A DNA stretch of 64,000 nucleotides. Source: the human T2T-CHM13v2.0 reference genome, Homo sapiens. The translations under genes were made by a program, and so were the position numbers. The notes beneath the pieces were generated by a model that was given only the letters and a program-made list of their open reading frames with translations, did not search any database and was not told the origin of the DNA. Shown one piece after another: positions 63,745 through 64,000 of the stretch. The DNA is taken from the NCBI RefSeq assembly GCF_009914755.1, contig NC_060947.1; one strand, given 5' to 3'. Each line of letters opens with the position of its first letter. The first letter of the stretch is position 1.

Positions 63745-64000
63745 TTTCTGTCTCTGTATCTATATCTAAGAAGATATCTATATCTTCTCCTGTGTGGATT
63801 TATAGATAGATGGATAGATGATAGAGAGAGAGAGAGACAGACAGACAGAGATAGATAGATATGGATATGGCTGTAGTAAAGGTAAAACATATTTATATCT
63901 ATAGCTATAATATTTATCTATCCCTATGGATCTGTAGTATCTTAAAGTCATGTCTATATCAAATATCTATATTAAAGCCATATCTTTATCTCTCTATGTT
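63745..64000. repeat. (TAGA)/(GA)/(TATC) low complexity
   Basis: Direct reading. Confidence 0.8.

Overview
64 kb of AT-rich, CpG-poor primate (human-like) genomic DNA, either intergenic or deep intronic. I recognise no protein-coding exon, RNA gene or CpG island, and the ORF track consists of chance ORFs and Alu/L1/LTR-derived frames. The window is dominated by interspersed repeats: about 22 Alu elements and monomers (J, S and one Y), many L1 fragments (L1M, L1MA/MB, L1PA/PB), solo LTRs (MLT1, MLT2, MST/THE1, MER4, LTR1-like, LTR9-like, ERVL-like), DNA transposon relics (Tigger2, MER2, MADE1, MER20, MER58), MIRs and simple repeats. Repeat subfamily names were recalled from consensus sequences by eye and are approximate. 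I found no evidence of a new biological system. The most notable signals are fossil rearrangements: an Alu-mediated inverted templated insertion (53462-53800 copied into 55040-55382), a ~215 bp templated duplication inside an L1MA, and a twin-primed L1 with its TSD. Also notable are an AT-rich palindromic minisatellite and a strong CTCF motif.
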